Assembly (NCBI GenBank): GCA_951406725.2
Contig: OX597814.1
Span: forward strand, 225,370,001-225,434,000
Reading direction: 5' to 3'
Length of the DNA: 64,000 bases
Origin: Octopus vulgaris
Taxonomy: Eukaryota
Numbering within the stretch: position 1 is the stretch's first letter; every line of letters starts with the position of its first letter. The notes under the pieces were generated by a model. The model saw only the letters and a list, made by a program, of their open reading frames with translations. It made no database searches and was not told where the DNA came from. Below are positions 12,948 to 27,649 of the stretch, one piece after another. The translations under genes were made by a program, and so were the position numbers.

Positions 12948-13527
12948 TATTTTAAACACGAATATTCATTGGTTGAGTTGACGGGCTTGAAATGAATGAC
13001 ATTTTGCTTCTGTTTTTGTATTGTTTTTTCAGTTATAGTTTTAGTAGTGACGACCTAAATCTTGTCCTAATTCAGATATAATAACGAAAAGACCAACGAT
13101 TGCAAGATGTGACAAACAGGTCGATATACATTACCATAAGCGAAATAAGTAAAGGAAAGTGTGGACGATGATGCTGGAAGTGGCAGCGGCGGCGGAGGTG
13201 CTGTTGCAGGTGTGTTGGTAGTGGTAGTGGTGGTAGTGGTGGTGGTGGTGGTGGTGGTGTTGGTGTTAGTACATGGATACTTTGTCGGTTTTACAACGAG
13301 TACTCTAGTTATTCGATCAGCTTTTTCAGTTGATCGAAGACTTGGATTGACTCGAGGCTATCGTATTATATGACATTTATTATATGACATTATTATATGA
13401 CATTTATCCCAAGAAGGATAGGAGGGTCGAACCTAGAACTTCCTGACAGCGAAGCAAACTTCTTGCCTATTCTTCCAAAGCAATGCTGGAGACGTAAGTG
13501 TACTAATATGGCCGTCTTTAGTTTTCA

Positions 13528-13735
13528 TAACTTTTCTATCGTAGGCATAAGACCAAAAATTTACGGGGCGGGGTCTGGCCCAATACATCGGCCCCCAACG
13601 CTCAATTGGTACTTATTTTATCGATCCCGAAACGATGAAAGGCAAAGTCGACCTCGGTGGAATTTGAACTCAGAACGTAAAGACAGGCAAAATGCCGCTA
13701 AGCATTTTGTCCGGCTTGCTAACGATTCTGCCAGT
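13528..13735 (-). mobile_element. SINE family A, tail B
   Basis: Core match; tail CTTATGCCTACGATAGAAAAG. Confidence 0.75.
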
Positions 13736-13799
13736 TAGTAAAACGACCGGAGGTCCTTCCCGAGCTATAGGTCCTTCAGACAGTTTCCCGAATTCTGTG

Positions 13800-14000
13800 A
13801 CGTATATATTCTTACCCACTATCCCCTGGATGGGACGACGGTCCGTCGAAGGTTTACTCACTTTTGCCAGTTGAACAAAAGGAAAGACATGAAATGAAGT
13901 GTTTTGCTCAAGATCACAACGCATCGCCCAGTCCAGGAATCAAAACTGCAATCTTACGATCATGAATGCCACGCCCTAACCACTAAATCCAGTGCCTTCA
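13800..14000 (-). mobile_element. tRNA-derived SINE with V-domain-like body
   Basis: Similar to 57285-57533. Confidence 0.6.
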
Positions 14001-14032
14001 ATCATCACTTTTAATAATCTTCTTATATAGCA

Positions 14033-14466
14033 AGGCGGCGATCAGGTAGAATCGATAGCAAGCCGGGCGAAATGTTTAGCGGCATTTTGTCCGTCTTCGA
14101 GTTCTGAGATCAAATTCTGCTGAGGTCGACTTTGCCTTTCATCATTTCGGGGTGGATAAAATAAATACCTATTTCTTTACTACCCACAAGGAGCTAAACA
14201 CAGAGAGGACAAACAAGGACAGACAAACGGATTAAGTCGATTATATCGACCCCAGTGCGTAATTCGTACTTAATTTATCGACCCCGAAAGATGAAAGGCA
14301 AAGTCGACCTCGGCGGAATTTGAACTCCGAACGTAACGGCAGACGAAATACTGTTAAGCATTTTGCCCGGCGTGCTGACGTTTCTGCCAGTTAGGCAAAG
14401 GGATCGATGTAATCTTCTTACTCTTCCTCCGAACTTGCTAGCGTTGTGCCAAAATTTGAAACCAAT
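14033..14466 (+). mobile_element. SINE family A (tail B) interrupted by an antisense SINE A
   Basis: Head at 14033, break at AAATACC (~14169), resumes CCAGTT...TTGTGCCAAAATTTGAAACCAAT. Confidence 0.75.
14170..14390 (-). mobile_element. SINE family A with Tx1-like tail, nested
   Basis: Full core and tail ...TTGTGGGTAGTAAAGAAATA. Confidence 0.85.
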
Positions 14467-14477
14467 ATCATATAAAA

Positions 14478-14695
14478 GGCGGCGAGCTGGCTGAACCGTT
14501 AGCAAGCCGGATGAAATGCTTAGAGGCATGCTGTTGGTCTGTACGTTCTGAGTTCAAATACCGTCGAGGTCGACTCTACCTGTCATCCTTTCGGGATCTT
14601 TAAAAGAAGTACCAGTCGAGCACTGTGGTCGATGCAATCGACTTATGGCCTCCCCCAAAATTGTTGGTCTTGAGCTAAAATTTGAAATCAATATC
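14478..14695 (+). mobile_element. SINE family A, tail B
   Basis: Head GGCGGCGAGCTGG, tail AAAATTTGAAATCAAT. Confidence 0.8.
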
Positions 14696-14792
14696 TTATT
14701 TAATTGGTAGTGCGTTTCTTTCTCTCTCCCTCTCCCTCCCTCCCTCTCCCTTTCTCCCTCTCCCCCTCTATCCCTTACTCTATCCCTCTCTT

Positions 14793-14829
<37 letters not shown>

Positions 14830-15861
14830 ATGCGTGTGTGTGTTTCAGTTCTCTTGATATGCGCATCAAAGGCAATTAGCTGTTTTGATGCTAATTACCC
14901 GTGATAAAACATGTATTTTTTTTCATTTGAATCCCTTTAAATCCAATTTGCCGCAAGCAATTTAACGATGAAAATGAAAATTTATTATCCGTGAGTTTTC
15001 CACGAGTATCCACAGATTAATTTATAGCACGGAGACAAAGCCTCACATCTTAGAGGATGAGTACAGCGAATAGATCAACCCCTGTACACACCGAGTATCT
15101 ATTTTATTAACTCTGGAACGATGGAAGTTAAAGTCGACCAGGACGTGACTTATCTCATAATGTCATGGAATGCAACTAAATACTTCAAAGAATCACTCAA
15201 CCGTGTTTTCACATCTAACGCCTCTCTGGCACTTTTAATGCTGATTTATTAATTAGCGCAAAACTACGAATTTTGTTGAGAGGATACACTGGATTAGATT
15301 GGACTCAATATGTCACCGGTGTTTTTTTTTTTTGTTTTTTTTTACCGCAAAGGCAAAACGCAAAGCTGATCAAGACCTAACTCGAAAAGGTAAAAGTAAT
15401 TAATTCGACTCTATCATCTGAAAGAAAACGAACATTTTCAAGCACTTACAAGGCATATGACTAAGAAAACTAATTGCCAAACAGTTATATGGTCAACAAT
15501 TTGAGGGATTGATGAATCATATCTTTGCCAATCCAACAATCACTATCACTTTTGATATTAAGTAATAGTTGTGAAGACATTTTTTCCTTGGAATTCACCT
15601 TAGAAATATTGGTGGTAGATCTACAGCTGATCGAATAAATAGAGGAACACACATCTAACAGACATTTATTATATTGTTACCTACGAAAGGCGGTGCTCCA
15701 GCAAGGCCGCAGGCAAATGACTGAAACAAGTAAAAGATTAAAAGAGTAACTCAGATTCTCGGCTCCCATAACCAAGATTGATAAACGATTCTCGCTCTCC
15801 CTCATGATCTTCACACACGAAGAACTGCCATCATCATCATCATCATCTTCTTCAGATCAAT

Positions 15862-16124
15862 ATTCTTTTATTCTTTTAATTGTTTCAGTCATTTGACTGC
15901 AGCCATGATGGAGCATCGCTTTAAAGGGGTTGCTTTCTTTTTAGTCGAAGAAATCGACCTCATAACTTATTCTTTGTGAGCCTAGTACTCATTCTATAGG
16001 TTCCTTTTTACCGAACCGCTAGTTTGCGGGGGTTTAAACATACCAACATCGGTTGTGTCAAGCGATGGTGGGGAACAATCACAGACTCAAACACACACAT
16101 ATGTATATATACATATATATATAA

Positions 16125-16210
<86 letters not shown>

Positions 16211-16360
16211 GACAGGCTTCTTTCAGTTTCCGTCTGCCAAATTTACTCGCAAGGTTTGGTCGGCCCGAGAATATAGTAGAAGACACCTGCCGAAGATGCC
16301 ACGCAGTGGAACTGAACCCGAACCATGTGGTTGGCAAGCAAGCTTTTTACCGTGCACCCA
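15862..16360 (-). mobile_element. SINE family B with expanded (CA)n(TA)n
   Basis: Matches family B. Confidence 0.8.
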
Positions 16361-16725
16361 CGCTGTATATTAGTTAATTGAACGAACACACAATCCAAAA
16401 ACACAAATAAAAACGGAGAAAAGGCCGAAAAGAGAAAAAAACGAACGTGAGGGCGTGCACAAGAATTATATCACTTTGACAAACGGTGAAAGGAGAGAGT
16501 TTCGAGCATGGCTCTTCGTCGGAAAGGAGAAAGGGAAAAGAAACACCCAAAGAAGAAGGGAAAAGGAAAATTGCCAACAGTCTACGTGTGGTTACATATG
16601 GTTACCACAGACATACACACACACGCGCACACACACATACATATATACATACACACACACACATACACACACACATACATATTGTTATACTTGGGGACGG
16701 TCATATTTTCTCAAGTAAACACACG

Positions 16726-17002
16726 CACTATGTTTGGTCAATACTTCAGCTTTATTATTATTATTATTGCTTTTGTTTTTTGTCAAAACACTTTCGTCCC
16801 ACCTCCTGTGACCTCTTCAACGACTCCTCACCTCACGTGTCTCCTCTTTTTCTGCTTATTCCAAAAATAGAATAAGCAAAACAAGAGGAGACACGTGAGA
16901 TAAAGAGTCACTGCGGAGGTCACAGAATGTGTAACGAAAGAGCTGAGACAAAGAAGCCAAAATTATAATAATAAAGCTGAACTGAAGACCAAATATATAG
17001 TG
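16726..17002. repeat. Imperfect palindrome with a decayed hammerhead motif in each arm (Penelope-like remnant)
   Basis: Arms fold about ~16865 (GCTTATTC...GAATAAGC, CTCACGTGTCTCCTCTT / AAGAGGAGACACGTGAG). Confidence 0.65.
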
Positions 17003-17022
17003 TGTGTGTGTGTATATATATA

Positions 17023-18212
17023 TCAGGTCATCCCGTAAGTTCTGTCCCAATTTTTAATAAAGAAAACAAGTGATCGAATGTTATATTTAATTGAAATTTA
17101 ATCATCAATGTACTTTCCCTGATTATCTATGACTTCCTTCCGTCTATTTACAAGCTTTTTAATACCATCAATGTAAAACTCTTTTGGTTTCAAAGCGAAG
17201 AACTCTGAAATGTAAGTTTCGACCTCCTCCTGGCTTGCGAAAGCTATGTCCCCCAAATTATTCTGTAAACTACGAAACAAATGGTAGTCTGAAGGAGCAT
17301 GGTCGGGAGAATGAGGTGGATAAGGAAATTTTTCCCAACCAAGCTCTTCGATCTTCTGTGATGTGATCTTTGCAGTGTGGGGTCGCGTATTGTCCAGATG
17401 AAACATCACTCCTTTTCGATTCACTAAAGTGGGTCTTTTTTTCTTCTAAACTTGGTTCAAACGCTCTAATTGCTGACAGTAGACTTGAACATTGAACATT
17501 GCATTTGGTGGTAACAATTCAAAGTGAATTACTCTTTCGGAATCCCACCTGATAGAGAGACGAACCTTTTTCCCATGAAGTTCCCTTCTCAGTTGTGGTT
17601 GAGCTTTTTCCCTTTTACCAAGCCACTGTTTACGACCCAAAAAGAGTGAATGGAGAGAAGAGCAGATGTCAACTCGGGATTTACGGTTGCTTTCGGACAA
17701 TTCATGAGGCGCCCATTTTCCAAGTTGTTGAAGATGACAATGAACATTTGTATGGTTTGAACTAAGCTTTATTGCCAATTATTCAACTGATAATGCAGGA
17801 TTTTCTTCAAGGAGCTTATCATGAAACTCAACTTGACGTCCTTTTCAATCTTCATCTTCAAGGCTGAAATCTCCACTTCTGAATTTTGCAAACCATCTTC
17901 TGCAAGTTCTTTCGTTCAAGCATTCTTCCCCATAAACTAAGTGTATGTTTCGAGTCGCTTCGGTTGCAGTTTCGTTTTTTGTACGCATAAAGCATTATGT
18001 GCCTTAAATGGTCTTTGGATACTTCCATGTTAGAAAAGGTTTTAATCGAAGAAATTTTAATTCTATTATTCTGTAAAATAATATTTAATTAGTTTAAATG
18101 CATACAAATGCATAAAAAGAATCTTTAATTCCATTAGACATTCTACAATAGCATTAAATTTCATTCAATTTTAAAAAAGGTAAAATCGGTCAGAACTTAT
18201 TGGATGAGTTGA
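17023..18212 (-). mobile_element. Mariner transposon, near full length, frameshifted
   Basis: TIRs TCAGGTCATCCCGTAAGTTCTGTCC / GGTCAGAACTTATTGGATGAGTTGA, TA flanks; WAPHEL, HLDNTRPH, YPPHSPDHAPSDYHLF motifs. Confidence 0.92.
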
Positions 18213-18439
18213 TATATATATACATATATATATAGACCTTAATTATAAAAAATGACACCATTATTCTATGCTAATTTAGTTAATTTTGTCAAGCTGCTTT
18301 TCAGATTGTAATTGTTTTTGTTTTTTTGTTTTTACAGGTTCTGTAAAGTGTGAGCAATGGCAAACAAAGTCACCCAAATACTGACATTGCTTCTTCTGAT
18401 TTAGAAATTAATAATCAGAAGGCCCAAGGAGATCCAAAG

Positions 18440-18667
18440 GAATACGAAAAACTTTCTCACTGTAAGGATTTGGAAATTGAAATCACAAAAAGGTGGAAGC
18501 TTAGTACTACGATAATACCAATAGTAATTGGTGCGTTGGGAATGATAAAGAAGGGACCTGGGAAGTATATTAAGCAACTCTGCGGTAGCGGCAATCTCCG
18601 TGAACTACGAAAGAAAACCTTGATGGGTACAGCCCATACTACGGAAAGCACCCTTCATCTAAAATAG
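18440..18667 (+). mobile_element. R4/Dong-like LINE C-terminal fragment
   Basis: KDLEIEITKRWKLSTTIIPIVIGALGMI typical of RLE-type ORF ends. Confidence 0.75.
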
Positions 18668-19189
18668 AATAAATGTGGTGATAATTTTAGTATGCATAAG
18701 GCAAGAATGGTGAAATGAGATAAAAGTAAGGACTGATACTTGATAAATACTTCAATCGCTTCCAGCGCGAAGTTCAACGCTGTTTTGAATATAGCTTTTA
18801 AAGAGACGAGATCAACGGGGCTGGCATACTCTACATATGCAACTTAAACATTATATGGTGTCCCAACGATTTAATGGTTTATAAATGTCACCACTAACTT
18901 TATATTTGAAAATTGGCTATTGGATAAAAAGATAAGAACACAAACTAGATCCATTGCGATAACCTAGTTTGATGTCATTTTGAACTCAGCTAGACATTTG
19001 TTTGAGAGACTTATTACTGAATATTATAGCTTTTGGAGAGTATGCATTAAATTTGCAATGAATGCTATCTCCAATATTAAAGCCTCAATTATCAGCTTTT
19101 GTAAATAACTGGTTATTCTTTTGATCGCCATTAATAAAGAAACTTTTTATTTAATATTTTAGTAGTATTCGTCTCAAACTTGAATTTAC

Positions 19190-20090
19190 CATGCAGTGAT
19201 TTAGTGCGATCAATACGGCTGGATAATACAATATCAACAATAGCAGAGAAAATCGGAAGAAAAACAATAACGGAAAAGGTAAATGTAATCTTACTAGTTT
19301 TTGTTATGGAAGAGACCAAAGTTATGAAGTACATTTTTCTTGGAGTTATGAACTTATAATGACTTATGCGATTGATGGAAAATAGCAAAAGAAAATCTTT
19401 TTATTAGCTATATGGCACGATATATGGATGGCACTTGCAACAAAAAATGTGCAAAAAGGGAATTTAATATCCGGGTTACAAATTTGACATTAAGAGCTCT
19501 CTACATTAATAAATCAATGGGTTATAATGTGTGTGTTGTACAAGTACTCATATTAACATTCGGAGAACGCGATTAGATACAAGATGAGATATGGACCATT
19601 GATACTAAAACCCAAAGATCATTAACCCCACCAGAAATTTCTACATAAATAATTATATAAACAGCCTGCAACTAAAATTTGATTTCTAAACACCCAATAT
19701 TTATATACTACTATTTATAGCATTATGTGATGCGCTTCGAGATCCAATGTTCCAAAAACAAAAAGAATTATTATCTCTCGAACGGTCATAAAAATACGCA
19801 TGGCGGAAATAACACACAATTCTCGCTGGTAAGAATAAAGTTTCTAAAATGGATAGAGAAATTTTAAAGATTATTTTATTCCAATAGTAGAACGCCTGAC
19901 CGCTCTATAGAAGATGGAGACTTCGAGTTCCACGGGCAACCTTCGGCTTTTACTATCCAAAGGGATTTTTCAACCCAATATATACATATTATTATTTATA
20001 ACTTTATGTGATGTTCTACGAGAATCAACTTATATGGACATTCTTTGATTGACGACTTGAGTTTTATGCAACTGCGATCTTCAGGTCAGA
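19190..20090 (+). mobile_element. Highly decayed Penelope-like RT remnant (tentative)
   Basis: ARYMDG (YxDD-like) near 19415, SKHP-like and SNGH-like motifs downstream, decayed hammerhead at 20050-20088. Confidence 0.35.
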
Positions 20091-20794
20091 ATTAGTGTGC
20101 ATTCAGTTCACATCACTTTACATACATTGAAGCAAACATCTATTATTCAAATTGATATTTTAATATCATTTTGTTATATTACTTTTGCGCTGCTTCTTTT
20201 TGCGGAACATTGTCTTTGTCTAAAATATTTTTTTCTTTTTTCCTTTCTTTCTTTCCTTTTTCGTTATCTTCTATTTTGTTTCGCTATTTTGTATTCTAGG
20301 GTGTTATGCTATTCATCGTGCCATTTGCGAATTCGTTTTTATGCTCTATTTTTATTAGACTATTTCTCTGTTACGTAACTTTGCATCCATGTGACATTTT
20401 GTTTAAGATAACTTTCTAATTATACGTGTTTGTCTTATATCTAATACCTCGTTATTTTTCTCTGTCAAAGTTCGTTTTAACTTGCTACTTAAAAATAAAA
20501 ATTTAAGCTGGTCTAGCTTTCTGTAATACCATACCAAAATACGTCAAAACGGAAACACACATACATGCACCAATGTTCATACGTTTCTGAAAGTGCATAT
20601 AGGACACACACGTATACCCGAACGTCCATACCTCTATAAATGCATTATATATCTCTATATATATATATATGCACAAACATGCGCATGTCTTCTCATGAAT
20701 GTATGCTTCGGTGTGAACGCATAATAAGGCATATGTGGATATGTGAATTTATATACTCACAAAAAATTATTTAACGAGAGCATGTGCACACACA

Positions 20795-20840
<46 letters not shown>

Positions 20841-20939
20841 TACACACACATATATATGTACACATAAGTTCGTGTGTATGTATGAATCTCTTTTCACACA
20901 CAATACACATGTATAATAACTTTGATAACTTGGATAGAT

Positions 20940-21450
20940 TTCGGCCAGTATAGGCCCAGGCCATGTCTAACATAATGGCACCACCTAGTGAAGTCTTTTA
21001 GTCATATATGGGGCACTTTGGCCTACTCTAGCAAAGAGTTGTTATTGTTGGAGACATATCCGGGTGCAGGACATTGCTCTGGGATTTTTTGAAGAAATTT
21101 GCCCAGTGAACTTTTGAATGCTATGGGTTCCGTTTCCGTTTTGACGTATTTTGGTATGGTATTACAGAAAGCTAGACCGGTTGAGGTAAAGTAGTTGTGA
21201 CGTAATGTTCTGTGTCCAGAGTCCGATTTTTGTCCCGGCAGCGTTGGAGTGAGTAGAGATTGAGTTTTTTTAGTCGAACCCAATAGTCAATGCTTGTCAT
21301 GCCATCTATCTTTCTTGCTATTGACCTCTGGTGTGCTTCCACTTTCATAATGAGTTGCTTCGTATGGGGAAACCACAGTGGACAACAGTATTCAAGGTGG
21401 AGTCGAGCAAAAGTAAATTAGAGAAGGATGGCGGTGTGGGTATCTCTAGA
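20940..21450 (-). mobile_element. CR1-like LINE 3' remnant
   Basis: FARLHLEYCCPLW and FCNTIPKYVK...FKSSLGKFLQKIPEQ motifs. Confidence 0.65.
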
Positions 21451-22147
21451 TATATATGTACATGCATATATACATTTGATTATTATTAAACGAGTGAATC
21501 TAGTATATGTGCTTATATAAATGTGTATACATGAAATCTGTCCAATTATTAATTTAATGTCCTCTCAGCGTCATTTCTATTTCAGTGTTGCTATGTATTA
21601 TTCATTTTGGCGTCAATGTTTCATTCTTTTTGTCGCCTGATTCTCATGGTTTGATATTTTGTTGGTCTTAGCATTGTTATACATTCATAGTTTCTTTTCC
21701 CAATTTTGTTGTGTATTCGTTTGTCTGTATTGTTTGTATTTCCGACTATATTTTAAAATAGATTTCTTCTGATGTCTGCAACCTGACATCATCTCTTTTT
21801 TCCTTTCTCGAGCAAGCATGTAACTATGTTGTATCTTTCTGTGTTGCGTATGACACATCCTGAAACCATTTTATTTGAGGGGCTTAAAATTGAAATGCTT
21901 AAAATTGAACTGCTCTTTTATTGTCGATTTCATGTTTATGCTTATGCTGTTCACCTTAAATACCCAACTTGTTTTTATAGAGATGTTTAAATAAATAACC
22001 CTGGAGAATGCACTGACTGAGTACTACCTCACCCTTTCCACCAAAATTAAATCATGTGAATATATACCTACATACATGCACATATAAATGCATGCATAAA
22101 CACACACATTCATATACATATATACATACATATATATATATATATAT

Positions 22148-22184
<37 letters not shown>

Positions 22185-22521
22185 AATATATATATATTTC
22201 TGTGTGTGTGTGCACGCGCGCGTAAATGTATGATTATAAGTAGGGACATGCATATATATATATTTATATCATGTCCCTACTACTAATCGTACATTTACAC
22301 ACACACAAAGACACATATATAGATATATATTATATCTAGAATGCAACCTCGCGATGTACTCCAAGTTTTCTACCAGTCGCTTTGGCAAAAGTATAAGAAA
22401 TGAAAACTGCGACAGATTAAAGCGGAAGTTGAGAGCGAAAGAGAAACTCTACAATTCTGAAGTACACTTTTATCTTGCTTGTTGAACAAAAGACATCGAC
22501 ATACATAGATACAAACATGTA

Positions 22522-22593
<72 letters not shown>

Positions 22594-22622
22594 CAAAATA
22601 AAAACATGATGCCAAGGATTCA

Positions 22623-22698
22623 GCGGTACATATGTTTCGGGCCTTTATTAGACGGATTTATAACAATGCAATGTGTGTCTATGGCCTTCTTCAGCCGC
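22623..22698 (-). ncRNA. Type I hammerhead ribozyme, canonical core
   Basis: GCGG-CTGAAGA-aGGCC..long loop..GGCCc-GAAA-CATATG-TA-CCGC. Confidence 0.75.
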
Positions 22699-22860
22699 GC
22701 ACAATTACTACCACAACGACATGTATTACATCAAAAGTTCTATTTTGGGGATGCAAATCCTCTCATTCGCGTACGACATAATGCGGCAACAGCACAAAAA
22801 TGAAGCGTCCATCTCGTCCTCTCAATGTACAATTTACAATTATCAAGTACTCACCCTAAA

Positions 22861-22910
<50 letters not shown>

Positions 22911-24907
22911 GATATGTATAGAGTCTTTGACAAGAAGATGAATTAATGTATCCCATGTAATGAGTCAAGAAATAGTTTATATAAAAACATTCAGATCAGG
23001 TAATAATTGTTTTACAATGATAAGAATATAAAAGTTAATTTTCATGCATATGTCCTGATCAAGTAATAGAGTCTTTGACAAGAAAATAAAATATATAACA
23101 AGACGATTTAAAGGTCACCGATCTGGCTTCTAAAGGTCTCAAATACATAAGTATTATAAGAGACAACCTGGATCTCCTAAACCACCTCCCTAAACGCGCC
23201 AACAGGATCAGAGTGAATACAAATGCTTAAGATAAAATAAACGAAGGGAATAGGGAAGAGGAAAGAACGGGGCCTCAACGTGGGGCCAGAATGCTCAATA
23301 TGCTAAAATCATACCATCTTGCAGTGTGGAGCTTGAAGTCTAAATGCAAAAGAGTGAACTAGCAGTGATCTAGGGAAATATTTATGGGTTATCACTTTAT
23401 AAAGGGGAACCAGGGTGTGTAAATAGTAAAGACAGGAATTACTAATAAGTCTAGAAAAAGAATAGTACTTATGATTTCATAAATAGGTCTAATTAATATT
23501 TATCCAAAAGCAAAAAACCGTAGAGTTATTATAATGGTGTACTTACTGAAATATTGTTGTCCGTATTGGAATTGACCAAAGTCCATCCATCTCTACAATT
23601 GGTCAGTTATATTTAAACCAAAAGCAAAGTTAAGAAGAAAACTAACCAGTAAGTAAAGGGTGTGGAGAAGACAGTGACATAAGTGGCACGAGGCCACTGA
23701 TGCCCTTCTACAACATCTCAACATAACATAAATAAAAATAAAAATAAAACGATAAATACAATCAGCCGAAACGGCTGCAATGCTTTTACAGTTAAGGGGA
23801 GACAACTTATAGGAGAGGTGCATACTAGTGGAAGTTACCTACGGAATACGGTGCTGAATCTGACATCCTAAATAGCCACCAAAATTCCAAGTGTAGGTAA
23901 TACTAGACGAACAAGTAAATGTCTACACGTTCCTAAGTATATTCTGCCTCATAAGCATGCAAGAGGGCAAAAATACAAAAACCCCAAACGTTTAAATGAT
24001 TTAAAAATTAAATCATTTGCTAATAACTACCACGGTTACAAACTGCAGGTCTCACCACAGTTTATTAAATATTACTTAATATGTATTATATTATACTAAA
24101 AATTACATTGTTCATATCAATAAATTTATCAATTATATTAACCCTTGCGTGGGTGTAGCCATACTGGGTCTACCATAAAATTACACTTTCATTCATATAG
24201 CATAAGCCCAAGTCTACTAATATGTCGTGGGAAGTCATCTACTGCAGTGCCCAAATACACACTTATATACAATCTGGAGTGGGGGAAGGTAACATTAAGT
24301 TCTGAAATTTAAGTTAAATACTACAGTGCAGTAGTGTTGTTTCTAAGTTGGTAGGACTAATAGGGCCTACTTTAAGTGGAGGTAGACCAGTATGTTGGTT
24401 GAAAAATTAAGTCCAGATTGCAACGAATGCCAACAAGCTCATCCATTGTATAAAAGGTACAGAAAAAATATGATTAGTTACCATTGAGTTTTAATATTGG
24501 GGTTAAATAAACATGCCCTCTGTGTTCTCAATTAGGTCCATGATTGGAAAATGTGGCACTTGCTAAAGGGCATGAGTGGGTTATATTAAGGAGAAATGGC
24601 TTAATAAGTATAAGATGTAGGTAGTTGTTATGGGTGGGAAGTAGTACTTAAACTCGGATATTTTGGTGAAGAGATAGGGGTATTATTACAGGAACGCCCG
24701 CAAGGGTCCCGTATGTACAACTAACAAACTAGCTTTAATTAAAGAATTTACAAATGGCCTTCAATTAATATCAAGGCCTACTATTTCTGTGGTGAGGGGC
24801 TCTTGGTGCTATTTTGGGATGGCACAAGGGTTTCTAATGATATTTGTTTAGTGAAGGTAAGCCTCCCCTTGTGCAGGCAAGGTAAGTTTCTCTCTTCCTT
24901 CAAGTTC

Positions 24908-26068
<1,161 letters not shown>

Positions 26069-27649
26069 ATAGAAGAGAGAAAAGCGGTAAAAGAAGTTAT
26101 TACATCCAAGATGTCCTAAATGACGTATTTAATCAATACAATTAAAATTGCCTCTCGAAACTTGATAACAGACAATTTGCGAATTAGTTTTGCTAAAAAC
26201 CTAATGCTGTCCCGTGATTATAGTTATAACTAATCCATAGATTTTATCTCGTCAGTTGTTAATATATTCCTTCCTTCGTTTTTTCTCTAAACGAATGGCG
26301 TTTATTTGTCATCAAAAACGTTTTGATTGAGTACATGTCTCACAGACTGAGAAATGCTTTTAAGCGCAAGAATAGAGTAACCTAACAGCTGTTGTGTAGG
26401 ATAGAGTGGAAACAGCTGATATCCGAAATAAATAACAGTAAAGATGAAATAGATATTCAAATAAAAATCTATACTGGAAAGTCAATGGGAAGAAAGCTGA
26501 CACAGAATATACTGAAAAGTTAAAGCCACCTACGCAACATGTGACTTGCACGGTTTGTCTATATAAAAAAAAAAAAACGGACAAATGGACGACATATTTT
26601 AATACTTCTCAGAAGTTGCAGGTGATTAGGTCACCTGAACTTGTGATTTTACTTTTGAGTATGGTAGGGAGAGACCTTGGAAACAACTGGCGAGCTTTAT
26701 CAATCTCTATCCCAATTTTGCTCCTTGCAAATAAACTTGATGGTTTGTATTAAGTATGACAAATTGTAATTATGTGATTTTCGTCTTCTACTTAGTTCAT
26801 ATGTTCCCAATAAGCATGTTTTTCAAAATAGTCGGGAATCTGCTTGGATAATTGTTCGATGTAGACTGCATGAAAATGGGAGTCTTCAAGGATGACATAA
26901 TCATTGCTTTATTCATAGCGTATGTAACTTAAATCTTCTGAGGTGAGCTGGATGATGGATACAATGAGAGCTTTTGACTCGTTCATAAAATATTCAAATA
27001 ACTAAGGTAAGTTAGTTACTAGAAACAGCAAAACGCTAGATTAAATACTTAACTTTATATACTTTCGATTTTTTACTTCAGTCTTCAAAGATCAACGTTG
27101 GTTTTCATATAACTTGATATATTGGGATAAATTTGTCCAAGATGCACTACTTGAAAATGGAATCTTCAGGGATACATTTATAACACAACAGGTTGTGGAA
27201 GTCATTACATTCTGGTGGATCATTTAGGATTTTTTTCTTACACGAAGTAAGCAAGACAAAAGAAAAGAAGATAATTCGATAGTCAAGATAAAACAAAATA
27301 ACAAGTTAAATGAACACAGATTGCTTAGTGCGAGATGCCAGAACAAATTTTTAGACGAGGGAGATATATCCGGTTGAATCTATCGCACCTTAAAATTGAC
27401 TATTGTTTAATATATCTAAAGGCATCAGACAAAATGTTTTATAATATTTGTTCCCTCTGTGTACACTCAGAGGTCAAATTTCACCGAGGTCAAAGTTGCT
27501 TTTCATCCTTCCGGAATCGATGAAATTTACCTCTAGGGACTAAAATCGATTTCATCGATTAGCTCCCTCCGCTACATCTCAGGCCTCATTGAGGAGCAGT
27601 GAATTGGCAAGGAGTCGTGGATTCGTAGAAGCGTTAGAAGTCAACAAGA

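Noticed and set aside
16480-16530. Minus-strand CCGACGA-AGAGC..GCTC-GAAA hammerhead-like remnant
   Set aside because: Stem III, cleavage site and stem I cannot be formed
18338-18385. Strong acceptor (tttttacag) before a short frame GSVKCEQWQTKSPKY*
   Set aside because: No upstream partner exons identified; too short to support
23000-24900. Possible decayed retroelement body
   Set aside because: No motif could be read with confidence; left unannotated
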